Assembly: GCA_963768055.1 (NCBI GenBank)
Contig: CAVYGN010000002.1
Coordinates: 288,001 to 352,000 of the forward strand
Origin: an uncultured Spirochaetota bacterium
GTDB taxonomy: Bacteria; Spirochaetota; Brevinematia; Brevinematales; JAOACQ01
Reading direction: 5' to 3'
DNA: 64,000 nt
A program made the position numbers and the translations under genes. The notes beneath the pieces were generated by a model. It was not told the origin of the DNA and ran no database searches. It saw only the letters and a list, made by a program, of their open reading frames with translations. How positions within the stretch are numbered: position 1 is the stretch's first letter; each line of letters opens with the position of its first letter. This document shows positions 42,369 through 52,081 of this stretch, in pieces.

Positions 42369-42540
42369 TCAAGGATTACAATGAAAACAGGCCACATAGC
42401 AGGAAATATTGTTATGGGAAAACTCCAATGCAGACTTTTATCGATTCGATCCCTCTGGCCAAGGAAAAAATGATCGGATATGAGAATGTCGTTGGGGGGT
42501 AGAAATGGGTTGTTTGTCAGATGAAGTTCTGGCTAGTACA
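42369..42540 (+). mobile_element. IS481-family 3' remnant
   Basis: KDYNENRPHSRKYCYGKTPMQTFIDSIPLAKEKM then end TGTCAGATGAAGTTCTGGCTAGTACA. Confidence 0.75.
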
Positions 42541-43346
42541 AATAACATTACTGATCACACTGAAATCTTATATTTATATTTCCTTTAATCCCCTTATTAT
42601 ATAGTATATTCTTGTAACTATTTTGAAGCTTCATCATTCAAAATATTTGAACTCATTAACCAATAAATTATATATTTCTTCTTTAACTATTTTCATTTGT
42701 TCAGATATCTCTTTAAACATTGAAATTAAATCATGGCAGCCATTGATTTCTGCATACTTTTTTATTTGAATTAAACCCGAATCTTTAGTTAAAAAATCAG
42801 GATAGTTAAAATATTTAAAGTATGGTTCATTTTGTAGTCCAATGTTACGTAATATATCACCTTTGCAGTAGTTAATATTCCATTCTTTATATAATATTTT
42901 AATAGTATTAACGAGGTTAATAGCTTGAGATGGAGTTTCCACAATAAAATTATCTAATTCTTTCATCCAAAAGGAATCAGGATTATTGGTACTCAGCGGA
43001 TTATTGACAAAGACTTCTGGAGCTCCATCTACAGGATTATCTTTTTCAAATTTAGTTACAACACATCCATTTTCAGCCAAACCAAAGGCAAAGCATAATG
43101 AATAAAAATATGCTTCTAAATGTTGAAAAATTTCTGGTTGCCAGATATCAAATTGATTTGCCCAAATGGGATATTTCCCATTCAAGGCTTTTGTTATTGC
43201 AAACCAAGAAAATATTTTCTTTGCGGAAATAAAATTATATGCCGAATATCCTTTTTGATCGGGAGTTAAATTAGTACATCTTGATTTATTCATATCAAGA
43301 AAAGCTGTATCTATCGGTTTTTGTCAAGGGAGTTGTCGCTTTTATT

Positions 43347-44375
43347 TTACGCCGCAACCAACGATTCCTTGTTAGTCTTACTCGGGTTTAAAAATACCGA
43401 TTCTATCCGTTCCCATTTTTTAGATTCTCCTGACCATCTTTCAGGATGTCTGCTTTTTGCAGCCGCATAAGTTTCCGCTCTCTTCAGGAGTATCGCCTTA
43501 TCTTTACCTTCATGTCTCTGTGCTGGTGTGACATATCCGATCCCTGAATGAAGATGTTTATTATTATACCAGTCTACAAAATTTTGCATCCATATTTCTA
43601 CCGATTCCATTGTCTCGAAATTGCCTGGGTATTTCACATTATATTTCAATGTTTTAAACAATGATTCTGAGTAAGGGTTATCGTTACTTACACTCGGCCT
43701 TGAAAACGACGGCATAACCTGTAACCTCTGCAAGGTCGCTAACATCGTAGCCCCTTTCATAGGAGAACCATTATCAGAATGTAAATACAAGCCTTTCAAA
43801 TCAATGGTTTCTCCGATCTCTGCCACCATTCTTGCGGCATGATCAGAGCTTTCCTCCTCGTGCATTTTCCAGCCGACTATCTTACGGCTCCAGACATCTT
43901 CGATCATATAGAGGTAGAAATACTTACCTTTTATATGACTGGATATATATGTAATATCCCAACTCCATACCTGATTAGGACCCGTCGCTTCCAGTTCTCT
44001 TGGCGTTTTCCTTGCCGTTTTCGGCTTCGTTTCGTATCTATGGTGCAGCAAATCATTGTCCTTTAAAACGCGGTAAAAAGATGATTCTGATGCTATATAC
44101 CGACCTTCCTCTGCCAGCATGGGCACTATTTCATTCGGCGTCATATCTCTAAATCTCTCGCTGCAACAGCAGGAGATGATCTCCTCCCTTTCTTCGGCCG
44201 ACAGGGCATTTGAAGGCATTACATTTCTCAATTTTCTTCTGTCTCCCTCAAGATTTTTATTCCAGCGCTGTATGGTCCTTATATCATAGCCAGATTCTTC
44301 ACAAGCCTTATCCCTGCTGGCCCCTGTCGTAACAGCCTCATTAATCAAGGCACAGATATCTATGCGTATATCCAA
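43347..44375 (-). CDS. IS3-family transposase OrfB
   Basis: WSWDITY, HSDNG, DNPYSESLFKTLK DDE motifs. Confidence 0.95.
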   Translation of the reverse strand: MDIRIDICALINEAVTTGASRDKACEESGYDIRTIQRWNKNLEGDRRKLRNVMPSNALSAEEREEIISCCCSERFRDMTPNEIVPMLAEEGRYIASESSFYRVLKDNDLLHHRYETKPKTARKTPRELEATGPNQVWSWDITYISSHIKGKYFYLYMIEDVWSRKIVGWKMHEEESSDHAARMVAEIGETIDLKGLYLHSDNGSPMKGATMLATLQRLQVMPSFSRPSVSNDNPYSESLFKTLKYNVKYPGNFETMESVEIWMQNFVDWYNNKHLHSGIGYVTPAQRHEGKDKAILLKRAETYAAAKSRHPERWSGESKKWERIESVFLNPSKTNKESLVAA

Positions 44376-44380
44376 TGGAG

Positions 44381-44863
44381 TTAATCTTCCTCGATCCCGA
44401 ACAGCTTGTTCAGTTTTTTTTTAAGCACCAGCAGAGAAGTAACCTCGGCTATAGTTTTATCCTTACGGTTAATTTCTTTTTCTAACTCTATGATTTTTGC
44501 TTTCAAACCCTTGTTTTCTTCTCTGTATGAGTTATTAGATATCACTGATAAACACTCCTGTTTCCAGAGTTCGATATGAGTCGACTGGAGACCATTTTTT
44601 CTCAACCACTGTCCTAACTCTTCTCCCGATTGGCTTGCTGCGTCTACTACCGCCTGATATTTATCAGATAATTTCCAGCCTCTCGGGCTTCTATCCTGGA
44701 ATCCTCTGGATACATTATTCTGGATCATTTTCCTCCAGTTGTAAAGGGTTTGTTCACATACTCCTATTTCCTGGCTCAGTTCAGATACTGTTTTTCCTCC
44801 TGGCATACACATCTTTTGAACGATAGATTTCCTGAATTCCTCTGAACGAATTTGACTATTCAT
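44381..44863 (-). CDS. IS3-family OrfA
   Basis: HTH with QTLYNW; A9 run near 3' end. Confidence 0.92.
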   Translation of the reverse strand: MNSQIRSEEFRKSIVQKMCMPGGKTVSELSQEIGVCEQTLYNWRKMIQNNVSRGFQDRSPRGWKLSDKYQAVVDAASQSGEELGQWLRKNGLQSTHIELWKQECLSVISNNSYREENKGLKAKIIELEKEINRKDKTIAEVTSLLVLKKKLNKLFGIEED

Positions 44864-46248
44864 TTTTTGTCTCCTAATATTTTAGGCGACAACTATCCTA
44901 ACACACGGGGCTATCCTGAACCAAACAGAATTAATATTATTTATTGAAAATCTTATATTATCTCTTGGATTAATTCTTACAGGTGTACCATCTTCCATTC
45001 CTCCAATAAAATTAGAATTCGTTACCCCATATGTTTTCTTATTATTTCTCCTTTCATCTTTTAACGGTAAACCGCCATAAATCTGTTTGGAATCAATTTC
45101 TTGTTTTGTAGGGTCTCTTTTAAAATCATACATCGCCTGTTTAGACCATATTTTTATAGATGTTCTATTTTGTGAAAAATTAATTATTTTAGATTGTTTT
45201 ATGACTTTTAATATTATTTTGTTAAGTTCTTCGAGTGATAAACCCCAGTTAATTGATAACTCTTTAGCCTCTACATTTGAATAATCATTAATTTTGATGA
45301 TATTACTATTTCCTTTTTCATTAAAATTATAACTCCAAATTGTAAATGAAACCGGGAAATTACCAATATTTTTAAAAAATCCATTGCCATTTACAATAAA
45401 CCCTTTTTCATATTTAAAATGCTTATCAAAAACTTCTCTAAATGCTTTATACGAAGGCCTTGGTATCAACCATGAAGTTGCAGTAAATATTAATAAAATT
45501 GGATTCAAACCCGGATGCTTCTCTAAATATAATTTTGACAGATTTAAAATTTGAGCCAAAAAAGCAGTATATCTTTCATTTCCCGCATCGTTACCTGTAA
45601 GTTCAATTATAGATGGATCTACTTTATAATTTGAATTAGCATTTATTCTTATATTAATATTCTCATCAGTATTTTTATAAGGTGGATTTAACAGGAATGC
45701 CAAAGGCTTATCGAAAGATAAATTTTTTTCTTTCAACTCATTTTCTAAAATTTGAAGATATTCATTTGCGGTTTTATCAATAAAATTCAACCCTTTATTT
45801 TCTGATGTCTTTGGTATTATAGTAAACCCTGCTTGAATATCATCCGGATCATTTTTCATTCTTCTTTCAATCGTTTTTAATAAATCCGGCTGCAATTCAG
45901 AAACTATTTTATGTTTTAAATGTCCTCTCCAGCTTGTTACTAAATTCCCTGATCCGCCTGCAGGATCAAATACTATATATTTGTCTGATAATTTGGTTTC
46001 GTAATAATGATGGACAAACCACAATGCGAATTTGCTTAAATTAATATTTGTAAAAAAAATTCCATTCTGTCTTACGTAATCAGGATTTATTCTATTAATA
46101 ACTTCATCAAATCTACTAAAATAATGGGAATTACATACTTGACTACCTAATATGAATATTTTGGGTTTGTTTGATAATTTTATTAGAGTAAATTAAAAAT
46201 AAGAAAATAAACTCTTTTATATTTATTAATAAAATAAAGGAATTACTT

Positions 46249-46425
46249 ATGTCTATTAAAAAATTCAAAGAAGGAAAATTAATTAAAGAATATAGCATTC
46301 CTAATAAACGATTAGAATCTATAATTAAAATTTTAGATGAAAATAAAATCAATGTTCTGATGTATAATTGCGATCCTCAAATGAATACGGCAGACCTTAG
46401 AATAGAATTTTTAGAAGAAAATTAA
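46249..46425 (+). CDS. Small hypothetical protein (58 aa)
   Basis: AAGGA RBS after R1; MSIKKFKEGK... Confidence 0.6.
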   Translation: MSIKKFKEGKLIKEYSIPNKRLESIIKILDENKINVLMYNCDPQMNTADLRIEFLEEN

Positions 46426-46571
46426 ATCTGTCCTGAACCGCCGCATTTTGGGCATGCTTTTCTTTTGTCGCCACCACAAGAATGACATTCTTTCCCATTA
46501 ATTTTCCCGGTTCCATGACAAACAGGGCAGATAATTGTTTTTGCTCCGTGACAAGTTGGACACATAGCCAT
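46422..46571 (-). CDS. Stand-alone DnaJ-type zinc finger protein (49 aa)
   Basis: MAMCPTCHG..CPVCHGTG..CHSCGG..CPKCGGSG; GGAGG RBS. Confidence 0.85.
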   Translation of the reverse strand: MAMCPTCHGAKTIICPVCHGTGKINGKECHSCGGDKRKACPKCGGSGQI

Positions 46572-46715
46572 TTTATTCCTCCGCAATAATTAATAGTTAA
46601 GTGTAGTTCGTTTTCGTAAATTGTCAATAGTTTGTTTGATAATTTTATTAGAGTAAATTAAAAATAAGAAAATAAACTCTTTTATATTTTTAAATAATAT
46701 AAAGGAGTGTATATT

Positions 46716-46889
46716 ATGTTAAACTTTAAAATCGGTGATTCTGTAATGTTAAAATCAGGGGGAGTTACAAGAACAGTCATTAAAATATTGAAAAATGGGT
46801 TTATAAAATGTTCTTATTTAAACCCCAATAAAAGATTCTTTAAAAAAATGATTAATGTTTTTAATCCTTTGGTACTTACTAAAGTTTAA
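46716..46889 (+). CDS. DUF2158/YodC-like small protein
   Basis: FKIGDSVMLKSGG. Confidence 0.8.
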   Translation: MLNFKIGDSVMLKSGGVTRTVIKILKNGFIKCSYLNPNKRFFKKMINVFNPLVLTKV

Positions 46890-46894
46890 TTAAA

Positions 46895-47095
46895 TTAATC
46901 TTTTACCAATTCTATCACATTTGGATTAAAAGTAGCAAATATTGGTTTCTTTGTTGATTCATCTTCTCTTGTACATCTTATATCACCAATATGTACAGCA
47001 AATAGTGGATTATTTTCTGTTACAATGGAATGAACTACCCATTTAGACCCACCACTTTTCATTTTAACAATATCTCCAATATTAAACGTATCCAT
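46895..47095 (-). CDS. DUF2158/YodC-like small protein
   Basis: FNIGDIVKMKSGG. Confidence 0.8.
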   Translation of the reverse strand: MDTFNIGDIVKMKSGGSKWVVHSIVTENNPLFAVHIGDIRCTREDESTKKPIFATFNPNVIELVKD

Positions 47096-47293
47096 TTTAT
47101 TCTTCCCAATAGTTATTGGTTAAGCGTACCATTTATTTAATAAAATTGTCAATATTACGAATACACAAATCAAAAAAATTGATTTAAAATTATTCTTATC
47201 TTATTGTAATCAAAGGAGTTCTGCGCCTATACCCCTCATTTTATAAAGTAGTCAAAATATGTTATAATATATGTGCTGAAAGGGAGAAAAGGC

Positions 47294-48215
47294 ATGAAAA
47301 ACACGGCGATCAGCACGTATGAGTTTTTGAAAAGTTTTCCCGATGAAAAGTCTGCGAGGATTTATTTAGAGAAGGAACGCTGGAATGGTAAAATAACTTG
47401 TCCTTTCTGTGGAAATAAAGATCGTATTCAGGTAAGGAAAGAAGAAGGCTATTTTCGTTGTTTGGCTTGCAAAAAGGATTTCACTGTCCGTACAGGGACT
47501 ATTTTTGAAAGGTCTCATGTTCCTCTTGATAAATGGCTTTACGCAATGTACCTTGTCGTAACCGACCGTAAAGGAATTTCATCATTGGAACTATCAAAGG
47601 TTATTGGGATTACTCAAAAGTCAGCCTGGTTTTTATTACAGCGTTTACATGAAGCATGCAAAGGCGAGAACACTATCCTTTCCGGCATAATCGAAGCCGA
47701 TGAAACGTATATCGGCGGCAAAGAGAAAAACAAACATTCTAATAAAAAAGCGAGAGCCGGACGTGGTGCAGTTGGAAAGACGGCAGTATTAGGCATGAAA
47801 GAAAGGAATGGAGACGTAAAAGCAATTGCAATTCCTAATACGGAAGCTTCGACTATTCAAGATATTATCAGAGAAACAGTCGTTCCAGGTTCAATGCTTT
47901 TTACAGATGAACATCGGTCGTATAATGGTATGACGGAATATACACATCTTTCAGTCAATCATAGTGCGAAGGAATTTGTAAACGGCATGGCTCACACAAA
48001 CGGTATTGAAAGCGTATGGGCTGTGTTGAAGCGTGGATATTACGGCACATTCCATCATTTTTCAGTCAAGCATCTTCAAAGATATGTTGACGAGTTTTCA
48101 TTTCAGGTTGAATGAAGGCAAATGTAAGATTAAATCTATAGATCGTATTAATGCTTTATTCACTAAAACTGTCGGTGTTCACATGACGTATAAAGAATTG
48201 AAGGATATACATTAA
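47294..48215 (+). CDS. IS1595-family transposase with 1-nt frameshift near 48102
   Basis: CPFC..CLAC Zn ribbon, EADETY, TDE, HTNGIES, YVDEF; removing one T gives DEFSFRLNEG...MTYKEL. Confidence 0.93.
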
Positions 48216-48257
48216 TTCTAACTCCTTTATATTTAGTAATAATAAAGGAGTTTATCT

Positions 48258-48482
48258 ATGCGAAAATGTAGAATTGTAAAAAATTTAGACAATCAGAAAT
48301 TTTATCCAGAAGTGTTTACAGATTATTTTGGTTATGATGACTGGCTAAATTTTGAAGATGAAAAACAAGGTTCAGGGTCAATAGCATCATTTGACACTCT
48401 TAAAGAAGCAGAAGATTTTTGTAATAAATTTATTAAGCATTCTCAAGCAGATAAAATAGAATCTCAAAAAGAATTAAACTAA
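48258..48482 (+). CDS. Small hypothetical protein (74 aa)
   Basis: AAGGAG RBS inside a partial R1 motif. Confidence 0.65.
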   Translation: MRKCRIVKNLDNQKFYPEVFTDYFGYDDWLNFEDEKQGSGSIASFDTLKEAEDFCNKFIKHSQADKIESQKELN

Positions 48483-48821
48483 TTTTTTAGGGACATCATA
48501 ATCATTATCAAGTTCTGTCGAGGCTTTTGCAAGATCAAAATAATCACTTAAATGGTTTATTAACATTTCAATAAATCTTCCATGATAAACACCATAAGTT
48601 TCTCTTTCTAATTCCTCATCTTTTCTTTTTAGAATTCCAAAATTTATTTGTTTATCAAGTAAATACGGTTTTAACCATGCTTTATTTTCCCAATTATCAG
48701 CGATATGTGTAAAATCACCAGCCTTGTCTGGTTTCCATGTTCTTATTTTGTTACTTTCAATAAGTTCATTGATTTTTTCTAAAAAACCTCTTGGATTATT
48801 TGTCTGGATATAAATAGCCAT
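48474..48821 (-). CDS. Hypothetical protein (115 aa)
   Basis: Starts within R2; TW..D..GDFTH, YHGRFIEML. Confidence 0.75.
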   Translation of the reverse strand: MAIYIQTNNPRGFLEKINELIESNKIRTWKPDKAGDFTHIADNWENKAWLKPYLLDKQINFGILKRKDEELERETYGVYHGRFIEMLINHLSDYFDLAKASTELDNDYDVPKKLV

Positions 48822-48937
48822 TTTATTCCTCCGCAATAATTAATAGTTAAGTGTAGTTCGTTTTCGTAAATTGTCAATAGTTTGTATTCTAAAGTTTTTG
48901 TTATATAATATTGGAAATAGGATAATGGAGGCAAAAT

Positions 48938-49432
48938 ATGTTTTGTCCTAAATGTGGAAAAGAAAACGTTGACACGGCGGCTTTCTGTATCGCTTGTGGA
49001 AACAAAATTAGCCAAGACAATTCTACTGTTCAAGAGAAGGTTGAAGTCCAGGAGAAACCTACTAAGGTAAAATTACCAGGATTAATTCTCGCATTTGTTT
49101 TGGGACTAATCGCATTTTTAACACAAATAATAAGTATAATATTCCTTGTAATTATGGAAAATTGGAAAGTAATTTCATTTACTAATACAATTAAAGAGGC
49201 AGTGAATAATAGTTTATTGATATTTGGGGTTATATTGGTAATATTAGCCATTATAGTAATTGTTTTTAGTATCATTGGTCTGGTTTTGGGTAGTAAAGCA
49301 TTAAAAACTTTTAAATTGAATCCAACACAATATCAAGGTAAGGGTTATGCAACGGCGGGAAAAGTTTTTTGTATTCTTAGTCTTGCAATATATATTATTC
49401 CAATAATTATTCTTATTTGGTTATTATTTTAA
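48938..49432 (+). CDS. Zinc-ribbon membrane protein (DUF4190-like C-terminus)
   Basis: MFCPKCG..FCIACG; G.GYATAG TM segments. Confidence 0.8.
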   Translation: MFCPKCGKENVDTAAFCIACGNKISQDNSTVQEKVEVQEKPTKVKLPGLILAFVLGLIAFLTQIISIIFLVIMENWKVISFTNTIKEAVNNSLLIFGVILVILAIIVIVFSIIGLVLGSKALKTFKLNPTQYQGKGYATAGKVFCILSLAIYIIPIIILIWLLF

Positions 49433-49472
49433 TCGGACATATTTACAGACAATAAATAAGAAGGTTAAATAA

Positions 49473-49598
49473 ATGAAGAAACAAATTAAACCAAAAGAAA
49501 GTAAGAATAAAGGCAAGAAATATGAAAAGCCGTTATCACTCTATTCAATAGGAATGAAGAAGGTTTTAAATATAGTGCTAAAGAAGAATAAAGCTTGA
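49473..49598 (+). CDS. Small basic protein (41 aa)
   Basis: MKKQIKPK...KPLSLYSIGMKKVLNIVL. Confidence 0.45.
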   Translation: MKKQIKPKESKNKGKKYEKPLSLYSIGMKKVLNIVLKKNKA

Positions 49599-49637
49599 TT
49601 CCTCTTTATATTTAGGTAAAAACCGGAGGATTCAATT

Positions 49638-50255
49638 ATGAATACTTTTGAAGCATTTCAAATAACATTATTTTTAATTCCAGGATTTCTATCATCAATT
49701 ATATTAAATGCACTTATTGTCCAAAAGGAGAAAAATAAATTTAATCTTATTATTGAAGCTTTGATTTTTTCATTGTTTATATATCTTCCATTAGCTATTT
49801 TAAATCAAAGTAATCCATTAATAATAGATTCCCAATTTAAGATAAGTTATAATGCGGTATCAATGATTTTTCTTGTTATTTTTAGTTTGATTTATCCTAT
49901 GGTTTTATCTTTTCTAATTAATAATGATGAGTTATTAAAATTTGCCAGAAAAATTCATATAACTAAAAGAACTTCAAGAGAATCTGTATGGTATGATGTA
50001 TTTTATGATCATAATAATTTGATTGTCGTAAATTTTTTAGATGGACGAAGGCTTTGTGGATATCCATTACATTATTCTGATAATCCAGAACATCCCTATT
50101 TATATCTAAAAAAACCTGCTTGGATTACTACAAATGAAAATAAAGAACTAAAATATTTAGGAATCGATCAAGATGATGGTATATTGATAACTCCAGAACA
50201 AAAAATAACCTATATTGAATTTTTAAATATACCAAAAGAAAAACTGATAGGGTAA
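49638..50255 (+). CDS. Membrane protein, DUF6338-like
   Basis: LIPGF, TM helices, SVWYDVF, GILI. Confidence 0.7.
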   Translation: MNTFEAFQITLFLIPGFLSSIILNALIVQKEKNKFNLIIEALIFSLFIYLPLAILNQSNPLIIDSQFKISYNAVSMIFLVIFSLIYPMVLSFLINNDELLKFARKIHITKRTSRESVWYDVFYDHNNLIVVNFLDGRRLCGYPLHYSDNPEHPYLYLKKPAWITTNENKELKYLGIDQDDGILITPEQKITYIEFLNIPKEKLIG

Positions 50256-50256
50256 A

Positions 50257-50490
50257 TTAATTATCTTTTTTAGTTGTTTCAGTTGATGTTGTTGTAACGA
50301 TAGGAGCCGCAATTGGTGGAGTTAAATTATTATAAAATTCCGTTGCATTTAATTTATTAAATAATGCTTCAGGATTTTTTGATAAATTATTATCTATTGA
50401 AGCAGTCTTTGATTTTTTGGCGATATTCTCTAAATCGTTTTTAGATTCTTTGAGATATTTTATTAAATCTTCTGGTTTATTATCAGGCAT
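50257..50490 (-). CDS. Small hypothetical protein (77 aa)
   Basis: GGGAG RBS; stop abuts 50255. Confidence 0.55.
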   Translation of the reverse strand: MPDNKPEDLIKYLKESKNDLENIAKKSKTASIDNNLSKNPEALFNKLNATEFYNNLTPPIAAPIVTTTSTETTKKDN

Positions 50491-50561
50491 ATTAAACTCC
50501 CGAAATAGTGTATCATATTTATATTTGTGATGTCAAATGAAATTAAAAGGCAAAGATGATG

Positions 50562-50586
50562 TTAGGTAGTTAAGTATGTAATTCCC
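50562..50586. repeat. Internal second copy of the IS1595 right end (1 mismatch)
   Basis: TTAGGTAGTTAAGTATGTAATTCCC plus shared subterminal GAAATTAAAA.GCAAAGATGATG. Confidence 0.9.
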
Positions 50587-50677
50587 ATTTGTAAATAATA
50601 TAAAGGAGTATGTATTATGAAAAATTCTATGGTTTCAGTCATAACGACTGATCATGATTTTTTAATGGAGGAATATC

Positions 50678-50848
50678 ATGGCAACAACTTTTAAAAAGGG
50701 TGATAAAGCTAAACTTAATTCTGGAAGTCCTGTTTATACTATAACACGAATTAGAAAAGATGGACTTGTTGATTATTATTGGATTGGTAATGATGGGAAA
50801 AAACAAAAAAGTTTTGCTCCGTCTGCTTGTTTAACTAAGATTGAGTAA
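50678..50848 (+). CDS. DUF2158/YodC-like small protein (56 aa)
   Basis: MATTFKKGDKAKLNSGSP; GGAGG RBS. Confidence 0.75.
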   Translation: MATTFKKGDKAKLNSGSPVYTITRIRKDGLVDYYWIGNDGKKQKSFAPSACLTKIE

Positions 50849-51065
50849 CAAGCATTACTTCTTCTGGTCCATAAAAATTTAATTCATCTTTATTGGAAGA
50901 AGAATCATACCATTTACAAATTAAATCTCCATGAGAACGGTGTCTTAATAAAGCTTGCATGTTATAAGGTCCTTCATTGGTTCCATCATAGATACAGACA
51001 ATAACCATGTCAGGACCACCACTTTTTAATCTAACAACATCACCGACTTTAAATTTTTCAGCCAT
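50835..51065 (-). CDS. DUF2158/YodC family protein
   Basis: FKVGDVVRLKSGGPDM..CKWY. Confidence 0.85.
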   Translation of the reverse strand: MAEKFKVGDVVRLKSGGPDMVIVCIYDGTNEGPYNMQALLRHRSHGDLICKWYDSSSNKDELNFYGPEEVMLVTQS

Positions 51066-52081
51066 TTTAATCTTTTCCTCCTTTTTATATTTCATTGTAG
51101 CATAATTTGGATGAAATTAAAAAGCAAAGATGATGTTAGGTAGTCAAGTATGTAATTCCCAAAATAATCATCAATAGTTAATCCTGCATTTGGATTAGTA
51201 TAAATATAATGTTGTTCAACAAATTTTCTAAACTCATATTGATTTTTTGAAGCTAATAAAAATCTTTCACTATTTTTTCTTCCACCTTGGCAACTTACCC
51301 ATACTTCATCAGGTTTATTCTCTGCTGGTTCGGCTACAACACTAGTAATATCCCAATAAGAAACAATAGCATAGAAGCAATGAATTGCTGCCATAGGCTC
51401 TTCAAAATACTCTTTAAGCATTTCAATTTTATTTATAAAATTTTGAGGATCGATTTGTAGTCTAGTTGAATCTAAGTTCTTCAAATGTTCAACAAATTCT
51501 TCTAATTTACGGTCAATAAATAGTGAATGAATTTCATCTTTGTTAATAACTAATATTGCATAATCAAGCAATTCTTTCTTTTCAGTACTTTTTAATTTAT
51601 TTGAATTAATATGGCCGATTTCACTTGGTGATTTATTCGGATCAGAATTTGTTACAATTTCAAAAATATAATTAGGTAAATTAGATATTTTCCATAAACC
51701 AATAAAATTATGAGAAATTATACAAATACTGGAAAATGTTAGTCCTTTTTTATTGTAATGATATGCTTGAAAAAATCCTGATAGCCAATCATCTTCTTTA
51801 GTTTTTAATTCAACAATTAAACGTCCTTTTATATAAATATCGGCACCATGTGCTTCTGATTCTTTTAGAAAATCTTTTGAACTGAATATATTTTTAAACA
51901 AAGGAAATATAAGATAATCATCAGCTTTTTCAGAATGAGAACTTGTTAAATATTTGTATAATTGTTTAAGCTCTTTCATACAAATGCCACCTGAATATCC
52001 TGCCAAGATAGTAAATTATCTAATCCCATCAATAATTATAACAGATTTATTTGTTTTATAAAAGAGTCATTTTGAAGCTCT

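Larger units (their letters stand above)
43315..44910 (-). mobile_element. IS3-family IS copy 1 (1596 bp), 4-bp TSD CTAT
   Basis: Same ends and ORFs as 52972-54567; CTAT at 43311-43314 and 44911-44914. Confidence 0.95.
46165..46689 (+). repeat. 60-bp identical direct repeat R1 (46165-46224, 46630-46689) upstream of rightward small ORFs
   Basis: GTTTGTTTGATAATTTTATTAGAG...CTCTTTTATATTT twice. Confidence 0.9.
46564..48885 (-). repeat. 72-bp identical repeat R2 (46564-46635, 48814-48885; degenerate at ~47092-47155): leftward promoter + RBS + start
   Basis: Minus strand TTGACA-16nt-TACACT ... GGAGGAATAAAATGGCTAT. Confidence 0.9.
46126..51160 (+). mobile_element. IS1595-family transposon with passenger genes, 5035 bp
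   Basis: Perfect 25-bp TIR GGGAATTACATACTTGACTACCTAA; TSD AAAATAAT at 46118-46125 and 51161-51168; internal IS1595 transposase. Confidence 0.93.
42634..51979 (-). pseudogene. Fused endonuclease/N6-adenine methyltransferase (Type IIG/IIC-like) gene, ~900 aa, in three pieces: 51979-51161, 46117-44911, 43310-42634
   Basis: ADIYIKGRLIVELK, FDPAGGSG, NPPY; both junctions rejoin in frame after removing inserts and one TSD copy. Confidence 0.85.

Noticed and set aside
44882..44910. C-termini APCVRIVVA, GNYILDYLTSS.. and TVFVKGVVAF.. in the ORF track
   Set aside because: Artefacts of reading into inserted element ends
46397..46627. ORF-track proteins starting MTIYENELHLTINYCGG (also in 48779-49033)
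   Set aside because: These are translations of the R2 repeat; the real genes start at its RBS-ATG in another frame
46126..51160. Integron or CRISPR interpretation of the repeat-separated array
   Set aside because: No tyrosine integrase, attC-like sites, cas genes or constant-length spacers seen
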